Shown here piece after piece: positions 17,739 through 27,820 of a stretch of 64,000 nt of DNA. The notes beneath the pieces were generated by a model, which was not told the DNA's origin, did no database searches, and worked only from the letters and a program-made list of their open reading frames with translations. The stretch is from the NCBI GenBank assembly GCA_035699145.1, contig DASSBB010000076.1, forward strand, positions 18,815 through 82,814. Reading direction: 5' to 3'. The position numbers were made by a program, and so were the translations under genes. Source of the stretch: Marmoricola sp. (GTDB lineage: Bacteria; Actinomycetota; Actinomycetes; Propionibacteriales; Nocardioidaceae). The first letter of the stretch is position 1. Every line of letters begins with the position of its first letter.

Positions 17739-18875
17739 GTGCTGATCACTGCCGACGCCGTCGTCACCGGTACGGCGGTGCTGCGACCCGGCTGGTTCCA
17801 GGTGGTCGGCAGGCGCCTGGTCGGCCTGGGCGCCGGTTCGCCACGCCGACCCGCCGACGTATCCCTGGGTGACGCGACGGTCGTCCCGGGCTTTGTCGAC
17901 ATGCACGTCCACGGAGGTGGGGGCGGGTCATTCTCGGAGGCCTCCGCCGAGGGAACCCGCCGTGCCGTTGAGCTGCATGCCCGACACGGGACCACCACGA
18001 TGGTTGCATCACTGGTCTCGGCGCCTCCCGAAGAGCTGTTGCGGCAGGTGGGTGTGCTGGCTGAGCAGGTGGAGGAGGGGCTCGTGGCGGGCATCCACCT
18101 TGAAGGCCCGTGGCTTGCACCGGGCAGGCGTGGCGCGCACGACGCCTCGGCCCTGCGCGACCCGCACCCCGCGGAGATCGATCGCGTTCTCAGGGCCGGT
18201 CGCGGGACCATCCGCATGGTGACCCTTGCTCCCGAGCTCGACGGGGCCCACGAGGCGATCAAGAGGGTCGTCGGCGCCGGCTCCGTCGCCGCGGTCGGGC
18301 ACACCGACGCCACCTACCAGCAGACCCGCGCGGCCATCGCGGCCGGCGCCACTGTCGGCACGCACCTGTTCAACGCGATGCGTCCGGTGCACCACCGCGA
18401 GCCCGGACCGGTGGTAGCACTGCTCGAGGACCCGCGCGTCACGGTCGAGCTGATCGCCGACGGCGTACACCTCGATGCAGCCCTCGCTCGCCACGTGTGG
18501 GACAGCGCCGGCATCGACCGGGTCACCCTGGTCACCGACGCCATGGCCGCAGCCGGGATGCCCGACGGTGAATACCGGCTCGGGGCGCTACCCGTCCGTG
18601 TCGCCGACGGCGTCGCAACGGTCGCCGGCACCACCACGATCGCCGGCAGCACCGCCACCATGGACGAGCTCTTCCGGTACGCCGTCCTCCACTGCAACCG
18701 CGATCAGGACACCGCCCTCGTCGCGGCGGCGCGGCTGACCTCCATCAACCCAGCACGTGCACTAGGACTGCCTGAACCCGCGATGACCGAAGGCGCTTCC
18801 GCCGACCTCGTCGTCCTGGACGCAGCGTTGACGGTGACCGCGGTCATGCGGCGCGGGACCTGGGCCACTCCTTGA
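17739..18875 (+). CDS. nagA: N-acetylglucosamine-6-phosphate deacetylase
   Basis: Carries GFVDMHVHGGGGGSF and HLEGPWL, then GHTDATY, the NagA motifs. The start is uncertain: GTG 17739 is chosen, while track start 17682 would overlap nagB by 29 nt. Confidence 0.85.
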   Translation: MLITADAVVTGTAVLRPGWFQVVGRRLVGLGAGSPRRPADVSLGDATVVPGFVDMHVHGGGGGSFSEASAEGTRRAVELHARHGTTTMVASLVSAPPEELLRQVGVLAEQVEEGLVAGIHLEGPWLAPGRRGAHDASALRDPHPAEIDRVLRAGRGTIRMVTLAPELDGAHEAIKRVVGAGSVAAVGHTDATYQQTRAAIAAGATVGTHLFNAMRPVHHREPGPVVALLEDPRVTVELIADGVHLDAALARHVWDSAGIDRVTLVTDAMAAAGMPDGEYRLGALPVRVADGVATVAGTTTIAGSTATMDELFRYAVLHCNRDQDTALVAAARLTSINPARALGLPEPAMTEGASADLVVLDAALTVTAVMRRGTWATP

Positions 18876-18932
18876 ACGCAGCCGCATGGCCGCACTGTCC
18901 CATGCGCGAGACGCGCTCCTGTGCGGCGCGAG

Positions 18933-18949
18933 GACGCCCACGGGGCGTC
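18933..18949. terminator. Candidate bidirectional terminator hairpin between convergent nagA and ureC
   Basis: GACGCCC-ACG-GGGCGTC is a perfect 7-bp GC-rich stem in the 79-nt convergent intergenic region. There is no U-tract. Confidence 0.35.
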
Positions 18950-18954
18950 GCCGA

Positions 18955-20659
<1,705 letters not shown>

Positions 20660-20667
<8 letters not shown>

Positions 20668-21160
20668 CGAGCTTCCCTCCGCACTCCCCGCGCAGCCCCG
20701 CCACGATGCGCTGGCCGCGGATCGGGATCAGCTCCACGTCCTCAGCCGCCCCCGGTTCGAACCGCACCGACCCGCCGGACAGCACGTTCAGGCGCCGGCC
20801 CCACGCCGCCTCCCGGTCGAACTGCAAGGCGGGATTGGCCTCGGCGAAGTGGTAGTGCGACCCCACCTGCACCGGCCGGTCGGCGGTGTTCTCCACCCGT
20901 AGCGTGACCACGTCGGCGCCCTCGTTGATGATCACCGGGTCGTCGGCGTAGCAGATCTGGCCCGGGATCAGCGGCTCGTCGGCGTGCGGGTCGTCGCCGG
21001 AGTACGGGCGCCGTTCAGCCTGCCGCTCCCCCGTGCCCGGACGCCGCGGCAGGCTCGGGCTGTTGGCGCCCGAGTGGGTGTGCCGTTCCAGCTCGTCGTG
21101 GGGACCGGTCTTGCGGGCGCGGGTGCCGGGGTCGTCGCTGGGGTGCTCTGCCCGCGTCAT
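20660..21160 (-). CDS. ureB: Urease beta subunit with an N-terminal extension of about 60 aa
   Basis: The C-terminal ~100 aa ([16 protein letters not shown]...[19 protein letters not shown]) is canonical UreB. The ATGA overlap with the ureA stop supports the upstream start. Confidence 0.85.
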
Positions 21161-21459
21161 GAGATCGGCGCCGTCAAGGTGATGAGCTTGGTGCCGTCAG
21201 GGAACGTCGCCTCGACCTGGAGCTGCCCCAGCATCTCCGGCACACCCTCCATCACGTCGTCACGGCCGAGCACGTGCCGGCCGGCCTCCATGAGGTCGGT
21301 GACGGTACGGCCGTCGCGCGCGCCCTCGAGCAGGAACGAGGTGAGCAACGCGGTGGCCTCGGGCAGGTTCAGCCGCAACCCACGGTCCCTGCGCTCCTCG
21401 GCAAGCTTGCCGGCGGTGTAGATCATCAGCCGCTCGCGCTCGTGCAACGTCAACAGCAT
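21157..21459 (-). CDS. ureA: Urease gamma subunit
   Basis: 100 aa. [31 protein letters not shown] is near-canonical UreA. Confidence 0.95.
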   Translation of the reverse strand: MLLTLHERERLMIYTAGKLAEERRDRGLRLNLPEATALLTSFLLEGARDGRTVTDLMEAGRHVLGRDDVMEGVPEMLGQLQVEATFPDGTKLITLTAPIS

Positions 21460-21627
21460 CGGGCACCCCCTGGGTCGTGGTAGCCCTCCCCATGGAACCT
21501 GCTGGGATCGGACGTGTCCATAGCCGTGTGCTCAGCGGGAGGCTCGAAGGTGCAAGGGTTTGGCTGGGGAGCGCCGCCGGGATGCTCTTGTAGGAGACAA
21601 CCACCCTGGAGCCGAGGAGCACGTCCC

Positions 21628-22551
21628 ATGCGCGCAGCTGTCTATGACGAGTACGGCGACGCCGATGTGATCGCCGTCCGTGACCATGACGACCCACCGG
21701 TCGGCCCCGACACCGTCCTGGTGCGGAGCCGGGCGACGAGCGTCAACCCGGTCGACTGGAAGATCCGCAAGGGGTTCCTCCAAGGCGCCTATCCGCACCA
21801 TCTCCCGATCATCCCGGGGTGGGACGTCGCCGGCGTCGTGGAGGCCGTTGGACCCGCGGTGATCACGGGGCTGCAGGTCGGTGACGAGGTCTACGGCTAC
21901 GTCCGGCGCGACGACGTCTGCTGGGGCACCGCCGCCGAGCTCGTCCCCGCGCCGCAGCGGACCGTCACGCGCAAGCCGTCGTTGCTGTCGTTCGAGGAGG
22001 CAGCCGCGGTCCCGCTCGCCGGGCTCACGGCGTACCAGTGCCTCGTGGAAGCGCTCGATGTCCGGGCGGGCGACCGGGTGCTCGTGCACGCGGCCGCCGG
22101 GGGCGTCGGCCGGTTCGCCGTCCAGATCGCTCTCGCGCACGGCGCCACCGTCGTCGGCACCGCGAGCCGGCGCAACCACGACTCCCTGCGGGAGCTCGGC
22201 GTCGACGAGGTCGTCGACTACACCGAGGGCCCCGTCAGTGAGCAGCTCTCCTCACCCGTCGACGCCGTGCTCGACCTCGTCGGTGGCGACGCCTTGGCGG
22301 ACGCACCGAAGCAGGTGAAGGACAGCAGCCGGATCGCGTCGGTGATCGAGCCGGACACGGTCCTGGAGCTGGGCGGCCGCTACGTCTTCGTGCGTCCCGA
22401 GCGGGACCACCTCGACGCGCTGACTCGGCTCGTCGACGAGGGCAAGCTGCGGGTGGAGGTCGCGGCGACATACTCCCTCGACCGTATGGCCGACGCCCAT
22501 CGGGCCTCGGAGTCGGGCCACACGTCCGGGAAGATCGTCGTGACGCTCTGA
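21628..22551 (+). CDS. Zinc-type alcohol dehydrogenase/quinone oxidoreductase (MDR superfamily)
   Basis: ATG 21628 with a GAGGAG RBS. Carries VNPVDWKIRKG and the AAGGVG cofactor loop. 307 aa. Confidence 0.8.
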   Translation: MRAAVYDEYGDADVIAVRDHDDPPVGPDTVLVRSRATSVNPVDWKIRKGFLQGAYPHHLPIIPGWDVAGVVEAVGPAVITGLQVGDEVYGYVRRDDVCWGTAAELVPAPQRTVTRKPSLLSFEEAAAVPLAGLTAYQCLVEALDVRAGDRVLVHAAAGGVGRFAVQIALAHGATVVGTASRRNHDSLRELGVDEVVDYTEGPVSEQLSSPVDAVLDLVGGDALADAPKQVKDSSRIASVIEPDTVLELGGRYVFVRPERDHLDALTRLVDEGKLRVEVAATYSLDRMADAHRASESGHTSGKIVVTL

Positions 22552-22555
22552 GGGC

Positions 22556-22705
22556 TCAGCCAGCAGGTCGGGGCTGGCTCTCCGCGTTCGCGATCTTCAG
22601 GACCGAGGACGACACGTAGCGGCCGGTCTTGGCGCTGCGGTCGACCAGGGCCTTGGCGGCACGCTTCTGGGCGGAGGTCACCTTGACGGTCCTACTCTTC
22701 GCCAT
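22556..22705 (-). CDS. Small basic hypothetical protein (49 aa)
   Basis: ATG 22705 with a GGAAGGG RBS. Third-position GC is high throughout. The sequence is MAKSRTVKVTSAQKRAAKALVDRSAKTGRYVSSSVLKIANAES. I recognise no family. Confidence 0.45.
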   Translation of the reverse strand: MAKSRTVKVTSAQKRAAKALVDRSAKTGRYVSSSVLKIANAESQPRPAG

Positions 22706-23231
22706 CGTTCGCCCTTCCAGCCCGTGCATGTTTCTCCTCCTCCGATGATAGGTCGCCACGACCCGCGTCGGAAGGACCCGACTCGTCGCCGGCCACCTCG
22801 ACGACCTCGGCGGTCTGCCCTCCGCCTTCGATCTCCTCGATCTCGTCGGCGGACGAGCTGACGACGGCACGCAAGGCCGCGTCGACCTGTGGCAACAGCT
22901 CTTCGTCCAGCAGCGGCGAGTCGTAGAGGGCGGTCAGCTGCGCCACGCCCAGCTCCGCTCTCCCCATGTCCTCGGAGATCGCGAGCTCGGCCGCCCAACG
23001 CATGATCCGCATGACCTCCTCCCGTTTGGCGCGCTGGTCGGCGGCCTCCGCGGAGACGGTGGCGGCATACGCGGACTCCTCGGCGGCGTCAGCCGAACGC
23101 GCCGCGGCTCGCGACGTCTCGCGTCCGGTCCTGCGCTGGAGAAGTGCGCCGATGATGCCGACCACGGCAGCGATCACGGCGGCGACGAGCGTGATCCACG
23201 GCACGGCCGAGCCCTCAGCGCCCGGGTTCAT
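22692..23231 (-). CDS. Hypothetical single-pass membrane protein with acidic C-terminal tail (179 aa)
   Basis: ATG 23231 is preceded by a GAGGAG RBS. It has one N-terminal TM helix (WITLVAAVIAAVVGIIGALL), a helical Ala/Glu-rich region, and an acidic tail. It overlaps both neighbouring genes (17 and 14 nt). Confidence 0.5.
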   Translation of the reverse strand: MNPGAEGSAVPWITLVAAVIAAVVGIIGALLQRRTGRETSRAAARSADAAEESAYAATVSAEAADQRAKREEVMRIMRWAAELAISEDMGRAELGVAQLTALYDSPLLDEELLPQVDAALRAVVSSSADEIEEIEGGGQTAEVVEVAGDESGPSDAGRGDLSSEEEKHARAGRANDGEE

Positions 23232-24036
23232 GCCGCTCCTCGCCCCACGACGGCCGGTGGAAGGCTGGACCGGCGAACGGTCCCCCGACGAACCGGTCGT
23301 CGTGCTCGTCGTCGGCGGAGTCGGGAACGTCGGCGGCGTACTGCTCGGCATCGTCCTGAGGCTCGTAGCCGAGCGCGCGGCCGGGCGCGAGGTCCCACCA
23401 GCTGCGGGTGTTGGCCGAGATCCCGTAGAGGATCGCGAACCCAGGTGTCGGCGCGGTGAGCGCGGCGTCGACCATGCGGACGCAGTCGTCGTGGGAGAGC
23501 CACGTGGCGAGGTGGCGGCGCCGCTCCGGCTTGGGCAGGAAGGAGCCGATGCGGCAGGCGACCGCGTCGAGGCCGTAGCGGTCGGCGTACAGGCTGAGCA
23601 GGGCTTCCGCGGCGACCTTGCCGACGCCGTAGAACGTGTCCGGCCGCGGACGTGCGTCGATCCCGAGCGGTCCGCCTTCCTGGTGCGGGGTCCGGCCGAC
23701 CGCATGGTTCGACGAGGCGTAGACGATCCGCCGGATGCCGTTGTCGACCATGGCGTCCAGGAGCGCCCCTGTGGTGTGGACGTGGCTCGCCAGCGCGGTC
23801 GGCAGGTCGGTCTCGTCCGGGACGCCGGCCAGGTGCACGACGGCGTCGAGCGGCTGCGCGGTCACCGCGGCGCGCACCGCCGCCGCGTCGCCGACGTCGA
23901 GGACGTGCCACGGCCTGCCGGTCGTCGCCGGGTCCGGCAGCAGGTCGGCTCCGACGACCTCGTGCCCGCGGCTCTCCAGCCCGGGGACGAGGACCCGTCC
24001 GATCGAGCCGGCCGCACCGGTCACCAGAACCCTCAT
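23215..24036 (-). CDS. NAD-dependent epimerase/dehydratase family oxidoreductase, uronate dehydrogenase-like
   Basis: Carries the VTGAAGSIG Rossmann loop, ASSNH, YGVGK (YxxxK), RIGS and ATWLSHDD. This block order is what I recall from Agrobacterium/Pseudomonas Udh. Confidence 0.65.
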   Translation of the reverse strand: MRVLVTGAAGSIGRVLVPGLESRGHEVVGADLLPDPATTGRPWHVLDVGDAAAVRAAVTAQPLDAVVHLAGVPDETDLPTALASHVHTTGALLDAMVDNGIRRIVYASSNHAVGRTPHQEGGPLGIDARPRPDTFYGVGKVAAEALLSLYADRYGLDAVACRIGSFLPKPERRRHLATWLSHDDCVRMVDAALTAPTPGFAILYGISANTRSWWDLAPGRALGYEPQDDAEQYAADVPDSADDEHDDRFVGGPFAGPAFHRPSWGEERHEPGR

Positions 24037-24095
24037 GCGTGACTCCCTCCTCCGGGGGCGAACGCTACTCCGGGACGGGTCCGTACGATCGACCC

Positions 24096-25412
24096 GTGCC
24101 CGATCCCCGGCGGTCCACGCCTCGCACCGACCACGTGCTCGCCGACCCGCGCCTGGAGGAGCCGCTGGCCCGGCTCGGCCGTCCCCTGGTCAAGCAGGCG
24201 GTCGTCGCTGCCCTCGACCGGTGCCGCAGCGGCGAGGTCGCTCCGACCGAGGTGGCCGACGTCGTGCTGTCATCGCTGCCGGCCTCGGCGACCTCGATGC
24301 GCCGGGTCGTCAACGCCACGGGCGTCATCGTGCACACCAACCTCGGCCGCGCTCCGCTCTCCGCGGCCGCGGTCGACGCCGTCACGGTCGCGGCCGGGGC
24401 CACCGACGTGGAGCTCGACCTCGCCACCGGCCGCCGTGGTCGACGGGGTCGGTCTGCGATGGCGGCGCTCGCGGCCGCCGTACCTCTCGCCGAGGCGGTG
24501 CACGTGGTCAACAACGGCGCTGCCGCACTGGCGCTCGTCACGAACGCGTTCGCCCAAGGGCGCACCGTGGTCGTCGCCCGCGGCGAGATGGTGGAGATCG
24601 GCGACGGCTTCCGGATCCCCGAGCTGGTGGAGGCGGCCGGCGGCCGGCTGCGCGAGGTGGGTACGACGAACCGCGTGCACCTCTCCGACTACGAGCGCGC
24701 CGTCGACGACGACACCGCCTTCGTGCTCAAGGTGCACCCGTCGAACTTCGTGGTGCGAGGGTTCACCTCATCGGTACCGGTGGCCGGGCTGGCGACGCTG
24801 CCCGTGCCGGTCGTCGCCGACATCGGCTCGGGGTTGCTGCGGCCGCACCCTCGGCTGCCGGACGAGCCCAGCGCCGCCGCTGCGCTGGGCGACGGCGCGG
24901 CGCTGGTCACCGCGTCCGGCGACAAGCTGCTCGGAGGGCCGCAGTGCGGGCTCGTGCTCGGCCGGGCTTCGCTCGTCGAAGTGCTGCGGCGGCACCCGCT
25001 GGCACGGGCGATGAGGGTCGACAAGCTGACGTTGGCCGCGCTCGAGGCGACGCTCACGGGGCCACCGACGCCCGTCGCGCAGGCGCTGGCGACGCTACCC
25101 ACGGCACTGCGGGATCGCGCGGCGCGGGTGGTCGACGCGCTCGACGGTGTCGTGGAGGCTTCGGTCGTGAGCTCCGAGGGCGCCGTCGGTGGCGGTGGTG
25201 CACCGGAGGTCTCGCTGCCGAGTGCTGCGGTCGCCCTGCCCGAGGCCCTGGCGCCGGCGCTCCGGCTCTGCACCCCGGCTGTCGTCGGGCGCGTGGAGCA
25301 GGGCCGGTTGCTGCTCGACCTCCTCGCGGTCGCGCCCGAGGACGACGTCGCCCTGGTCGAGGCGGTACGCCGCGCCGCGGCCGGGCCGGAGGGCTTTCCG
25401 ACGTGCACGTGA
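24096..25412 (+). CDS. selA: L-seryl-tRNA(Sec) selenium transferase
   Basis: GTG 24096. Carries [19 protein letters not shown] and the PLP-lysine block [14 protein letters not shown], the SelA signatures. 438 aa. Confidence 0.9.
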   Translation: MPDPRRSTPRTDHVLADPRLEEPLARLGRPLVKQAVVAALDRCRSGEVAPTEVADVVLSSLPASATSMRRVVNATGVIVHTNLGRAPLSAAAVDAVTVAAGATDVELDLATGRRGRRGRSAMAALAAAVPLAEAVHVVNNGAAALALVTNAFAQGRTVVVARGEMVEIGDGFRIPELVEAAGGRLREVGTTNRVHLSDYERAVDDDTAFVLKVHPSNFVVRGFTSSVPVAGLATLPVPVVADIGSGLLRPHPRLPDEPSAAAALGDGAALVTASGDKLLGGPQCGLVLGRASLVEVLRRHPLARAMRVDKLTLAALEATLTGPPTPVAQALATLPTALRDRAARVVDALDGVVEASVVSSEGAVGGGGAPEVSLPSAAVALPEALAPALRLCTPAVVGRVEQGRLLLDLLAVAPEDDVALVEAVRRAAAGPEGFPTCT

Positions 25413-27133
25413 TCGCCACCGCGGGCCACGTCGACCACGGCAAGAGCACGCTCGTCCAGGCGCTCACGGGCTCCGACCCGGACCGCTTGGCGGAGGAACG
25501 ATCCCGGGGGCTGACGATCGAGCTGGGCTACGCCTGGACGGCGCTGCCGTCCGTGGGTGAGGTGGCGTTCGTCGACGTGCCGGGCCACGAGCGGTTCGTC
25601 TCCACGATGCTGTCAGGCATCGGGCCGGTCCCTGCCGTCCTCCTCGTCGTCGCCGCCGACGACCCCTGGATGCCGCAGGCTGCGGAGCACCTCGCGGCGC
25701 TCGACGCCCTCGCGGTCGGGCACGGCGTGGTCGCGGTGACGCGCTCGGACCTCGCGGACCCGGCGCCGATGGTGGCGCGGGCACGTCACGAGCTGGCCTC
25801 GACCTCGTTGGCCGGGTCCCCGGTCGTGCCGGTCAGCGGGGCCACCGGGATGGGGCTCGACGAGCTGCGGCAGCGGCTCGTGGCGATGCTCGCCGCACTG
25901 CCCGCACCCGACCCGTCGGCGGACGTCCGGCTCTGGCTCGACCGTTCGTTCCACGTCAAGGGAGCGGGCACGGTGGTGACCGGGACGCTGCCCGCAGGCA
26001 GGATCCGTGTCGGGGACGTGCTCGCGGTCGGCGAGCGGACGGTGCGGGTCCGTGGCGTCCAGTCGTTGGGCAGGCCGGTCGACGAGGTGTCCGGCGTCGC
26101 CCGGGTCGCCCTGAACCTCAGTGGTGAGGACCGGGTCGCGCTGGACCGGCACAGCGTGCTCACCACCCCCTCGGCGTGGCACGAGACGGCGGCGCTCGAC
26201 GTCCGGCTCACCGGACCCGCCTCCGGACTCCCCCGTCGGCCGCTCCTGCACATCGGGGCGGTGGCGGTGCCGTCGTACTCCCGCCCGCTGGCGGACGACC
26301 TCGTCCGGCTCACTCTCGAGCGACCGCTGCCGCTGCGCGTCGGTGACCGGGCGCTGCTGCGAGACCCGGGCAGCCGGGTGGTCTGGGGGGTGACCGTGCT
26401 CGACCCGGCGCCGCCCGCGCTCGGTCGACGCGGGGCGGCGCGGGCGCGGGCGGACGAGCTGCGGCTCGTCGACGGCACTCCCTCCGTGGAGTCGGAGGTA
26501 CGCCGGCGTGGCGCCGTCCACGTCGACCTGCTCCGGCGGATCGGGGTGCCCTCTGACGGGTCCGCGTGGCTCGTGAGCGAGGAGACGCGTGCCCGGTGGC
26601 GCGCCGGCATGCGGCGGCTCGTCGAGCAGCACCACGTGGACCACCCGCTGGACGCCGGCGTACCGCTCTCCGCGCTGGCCTCGGCGCTGGGCGCCCCGGA
26701 CCCCGAGCTGCTCGCCTCCCTCGTCGAACCGCCCCTCGTGCTGGTGGACGGGCGGGTCTCCGTGGCCGGCCGGTCGACGTTGCCACCGGAGGTGGCCGCT
26801 GCGGTGAGCGAGCTGCGCTCCGAGCTCGCCGTCGCGCCGTTCGCGGCACCGACCGCAGACCGGCTGCGTGCGGTGGGGCTGAGTCCCCGAGCCGTATCGG
26901 CCGCGGCCAAGGCCGGCGAGCTGCTCCACCTCGGGGACGGGATCGTCCTCCTCCCCGACGCAGCGGACCGGGCGATCGAGCTGCTGCGGGAGCTGCCGCA
27001 GCCGTTCACGACGAGTGAGGCGCGGACCAGGCTGGGGACCAGCCGCCGCGTCGCCCTGCCACTCCTCCAGCACCTCGACCGACGACGGCTCACCCGTCGC
27101 CTGCCCGACGACCGCCGCACCGTGAATGGTTGA
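25403..27133 (+). CDS. selB: Selenocysteine-specific translation elongation factor
   Basis: GTG 25403, overlapping the selA stop by 10 nt. Carries the G1 motif [14 protein letters not shown], then DVPGHERF, with C-terminal winged-helix-like repeats. 576 aa. Confidence 0.9.
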   Translation: MHVIATAGHVDHGKSTLVQALTGSDPDRLAEERSRGLTIELGYAWTALPSVGEVAFVDVPGHERFVSTMLSGIGPVPAVLLVVAADDPWMPQAAEHLAALDALAVGHGVVAVTRSDLADPAPMVARARHELASTSLAGSPVVPVSGATGMGLDELRQRLVAMLAALPAPDPSADVRLWLDRSFHVKGAGTVVTGTLPAGRIRVGDVLAVGERTVRVRGVQSLGRPVDEVSGVARVALNLSGEDRVALDRHSVLTTPSAWHETAALDVRLTGPASGLPRRPLLHIGAVAVPSYSRPLADDLVRLTLERPLPLRVGDRALLRDPGSRVVWGVTVLDPAPPALGRRGAARARADELRLVDGTPSVESEVRRRGAVHVDLLRRIGVPSDGSAWLVSEETRARWRAGMRRLVEQHHVDHPLDAGVPLSALASALGAPDPELLASLVEPPLVLVDGRVSVAGRSTLPPEVAAAVSELRSELAVAPFAAPTADRLRAVGLSPRAVSAAAKAGELLHLGDGIVLLPDAADRAIELLRELPQPFTTSEARTRLGTSRRVALPLLQHLDRRRLTRRLPDDRRTVNG

Positions 27134-27216
27134 GCCGCCCCTCGTGCTGGGTTGAGCCGCCCCTCGTGCTGGGTTGAGCCGCCCCTCGTGCAGGGTCGAG
27201 CCGCCCCTCGTGCTGG
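27129..27216 (+). repeat. Tandem array, 4 x 22 bp (GTTGAGCCGCCCCTCGTGCTGG)
   Basis: Units lie at 27129-27150, 27151-27172, 27173-27194 and 27195-27216. The first two are identical and the last two have 1 mismatch each. There are no spacers. The selB stop TGA (27131-27133) lies inside unit 1. Confidence 0.95.
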
Positions 27217-27292
27217 TGCGGCGGACCTCACACCGTCTGCCGCTGGCAGCGGCGGACGGACGGGGGGACGCTGGAGCCAGGAGGTGGTCCTC

Positions 27293-27766
27293 ATGAGGAC
27301 TGTCATCAGCCGGCATCCAGCACCGGCATCCGCTCATCACCCCGGGCGAGGAACTGCCGCCGTACGGCGCCGCTGGCTCCTGGCGTGGATCGGAATGGCC
27401 GCGTTGGGCGTGGTCAACGGGGTACTGCGCGAAGTGACCTACGCCGGCGCCGTCGGTGATCACACCGCCCACCAGCTGTCGACGTTCACGCTCATCGCGA
27501 TGATGGCCGCTTACGTCTGGTGGCTGCAGCAGCGGTGGCCGCTGACCTCGATGCAGGAAGCGCTGCGGATCGGTGCGTTGTGGGCAGCCATGACCGTCGT
27601 GTTCGAGTTCGGCTTCGGGCACTACGTCGACGGCGCCGCATGGTCCACGCTGCTGGCCGACTACGACATCACCCGAGGAAACCTGTGGATTCTTGTCCTC
27701 CTGACCATTGGCTCCGCGCCTGAGCTCGTGAGGCGGAGCGTCGTACCCCGCGCGAAGGGCGGTTGA
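27293..27766 (+). CDS. Hypothetical integral membrane protein (157 aa, about 4 TM helices)
   Basis: ATG 27293 with an AGGAGG RBS 8 nt upstream. Hydrophobic segments are LLAWIGMAALGVVNGVL, STFTLIAMMAAYVWWL, IGALWAAMTVVFEFGF and LWILVLLTIGSA. I recognise no family. Confidence 0.6.
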   Translation: MRTVISRHPAPASAHHPGRGTAAVRRRWLLAWIGMAALGVVNGVLREVTYAGAVGDHTAHQLSTFTLIAMMAAYVWWLQQRWPLTSMQEALRIGALWAAMTVVFEFGFGHYVDGAAWSTLLADYDITRGNLWILVLLTIGSAPELVRRSVVPRAKGG

Positions 27767-27815
27767 ACACAGCCCGAAGGGCGGTTGAACACAGCACGGA
27801 GGGCGGTTCAACACA
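27750..27815 (-). repeat. Tandem array, 3 x 22 bp, an inverted and diverged copy of the 27129 repeat family
   Basis: Units 27750-27771, 27772-27793 and 27794-27815 read GCNCGRAGGGCGGTTSAACACA. The reverse complement TGTGTTGAACCGCCCTCCGTGC matches the core TTGAGCCGCCCCTCGTGC at 15/18 positions. The stop TGA of the 157-aa ORF lies inside unit 1. Confidence 0.85.
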
Positions 27816-27820
27816 GGGGG

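Noticed and set aside
23735-27133. A 1132-aa plus-strand ORF suggesting a giant SelB.
   Set aside because: The first ~555 codons are an alternative frame across the udh-like gene and selA. The GTPase G1 motif begins right after GTG 25403, giving a normal-length 576-aa SelB.
27129-27216. The tandem 22-bp repeats considered as a CRISPR array.
   Set aside because: The units are directly abutting with no spacers. The repeat is shorter than typical CRISPR repeats, no cas genes are present, and inverted copies occur nearby.
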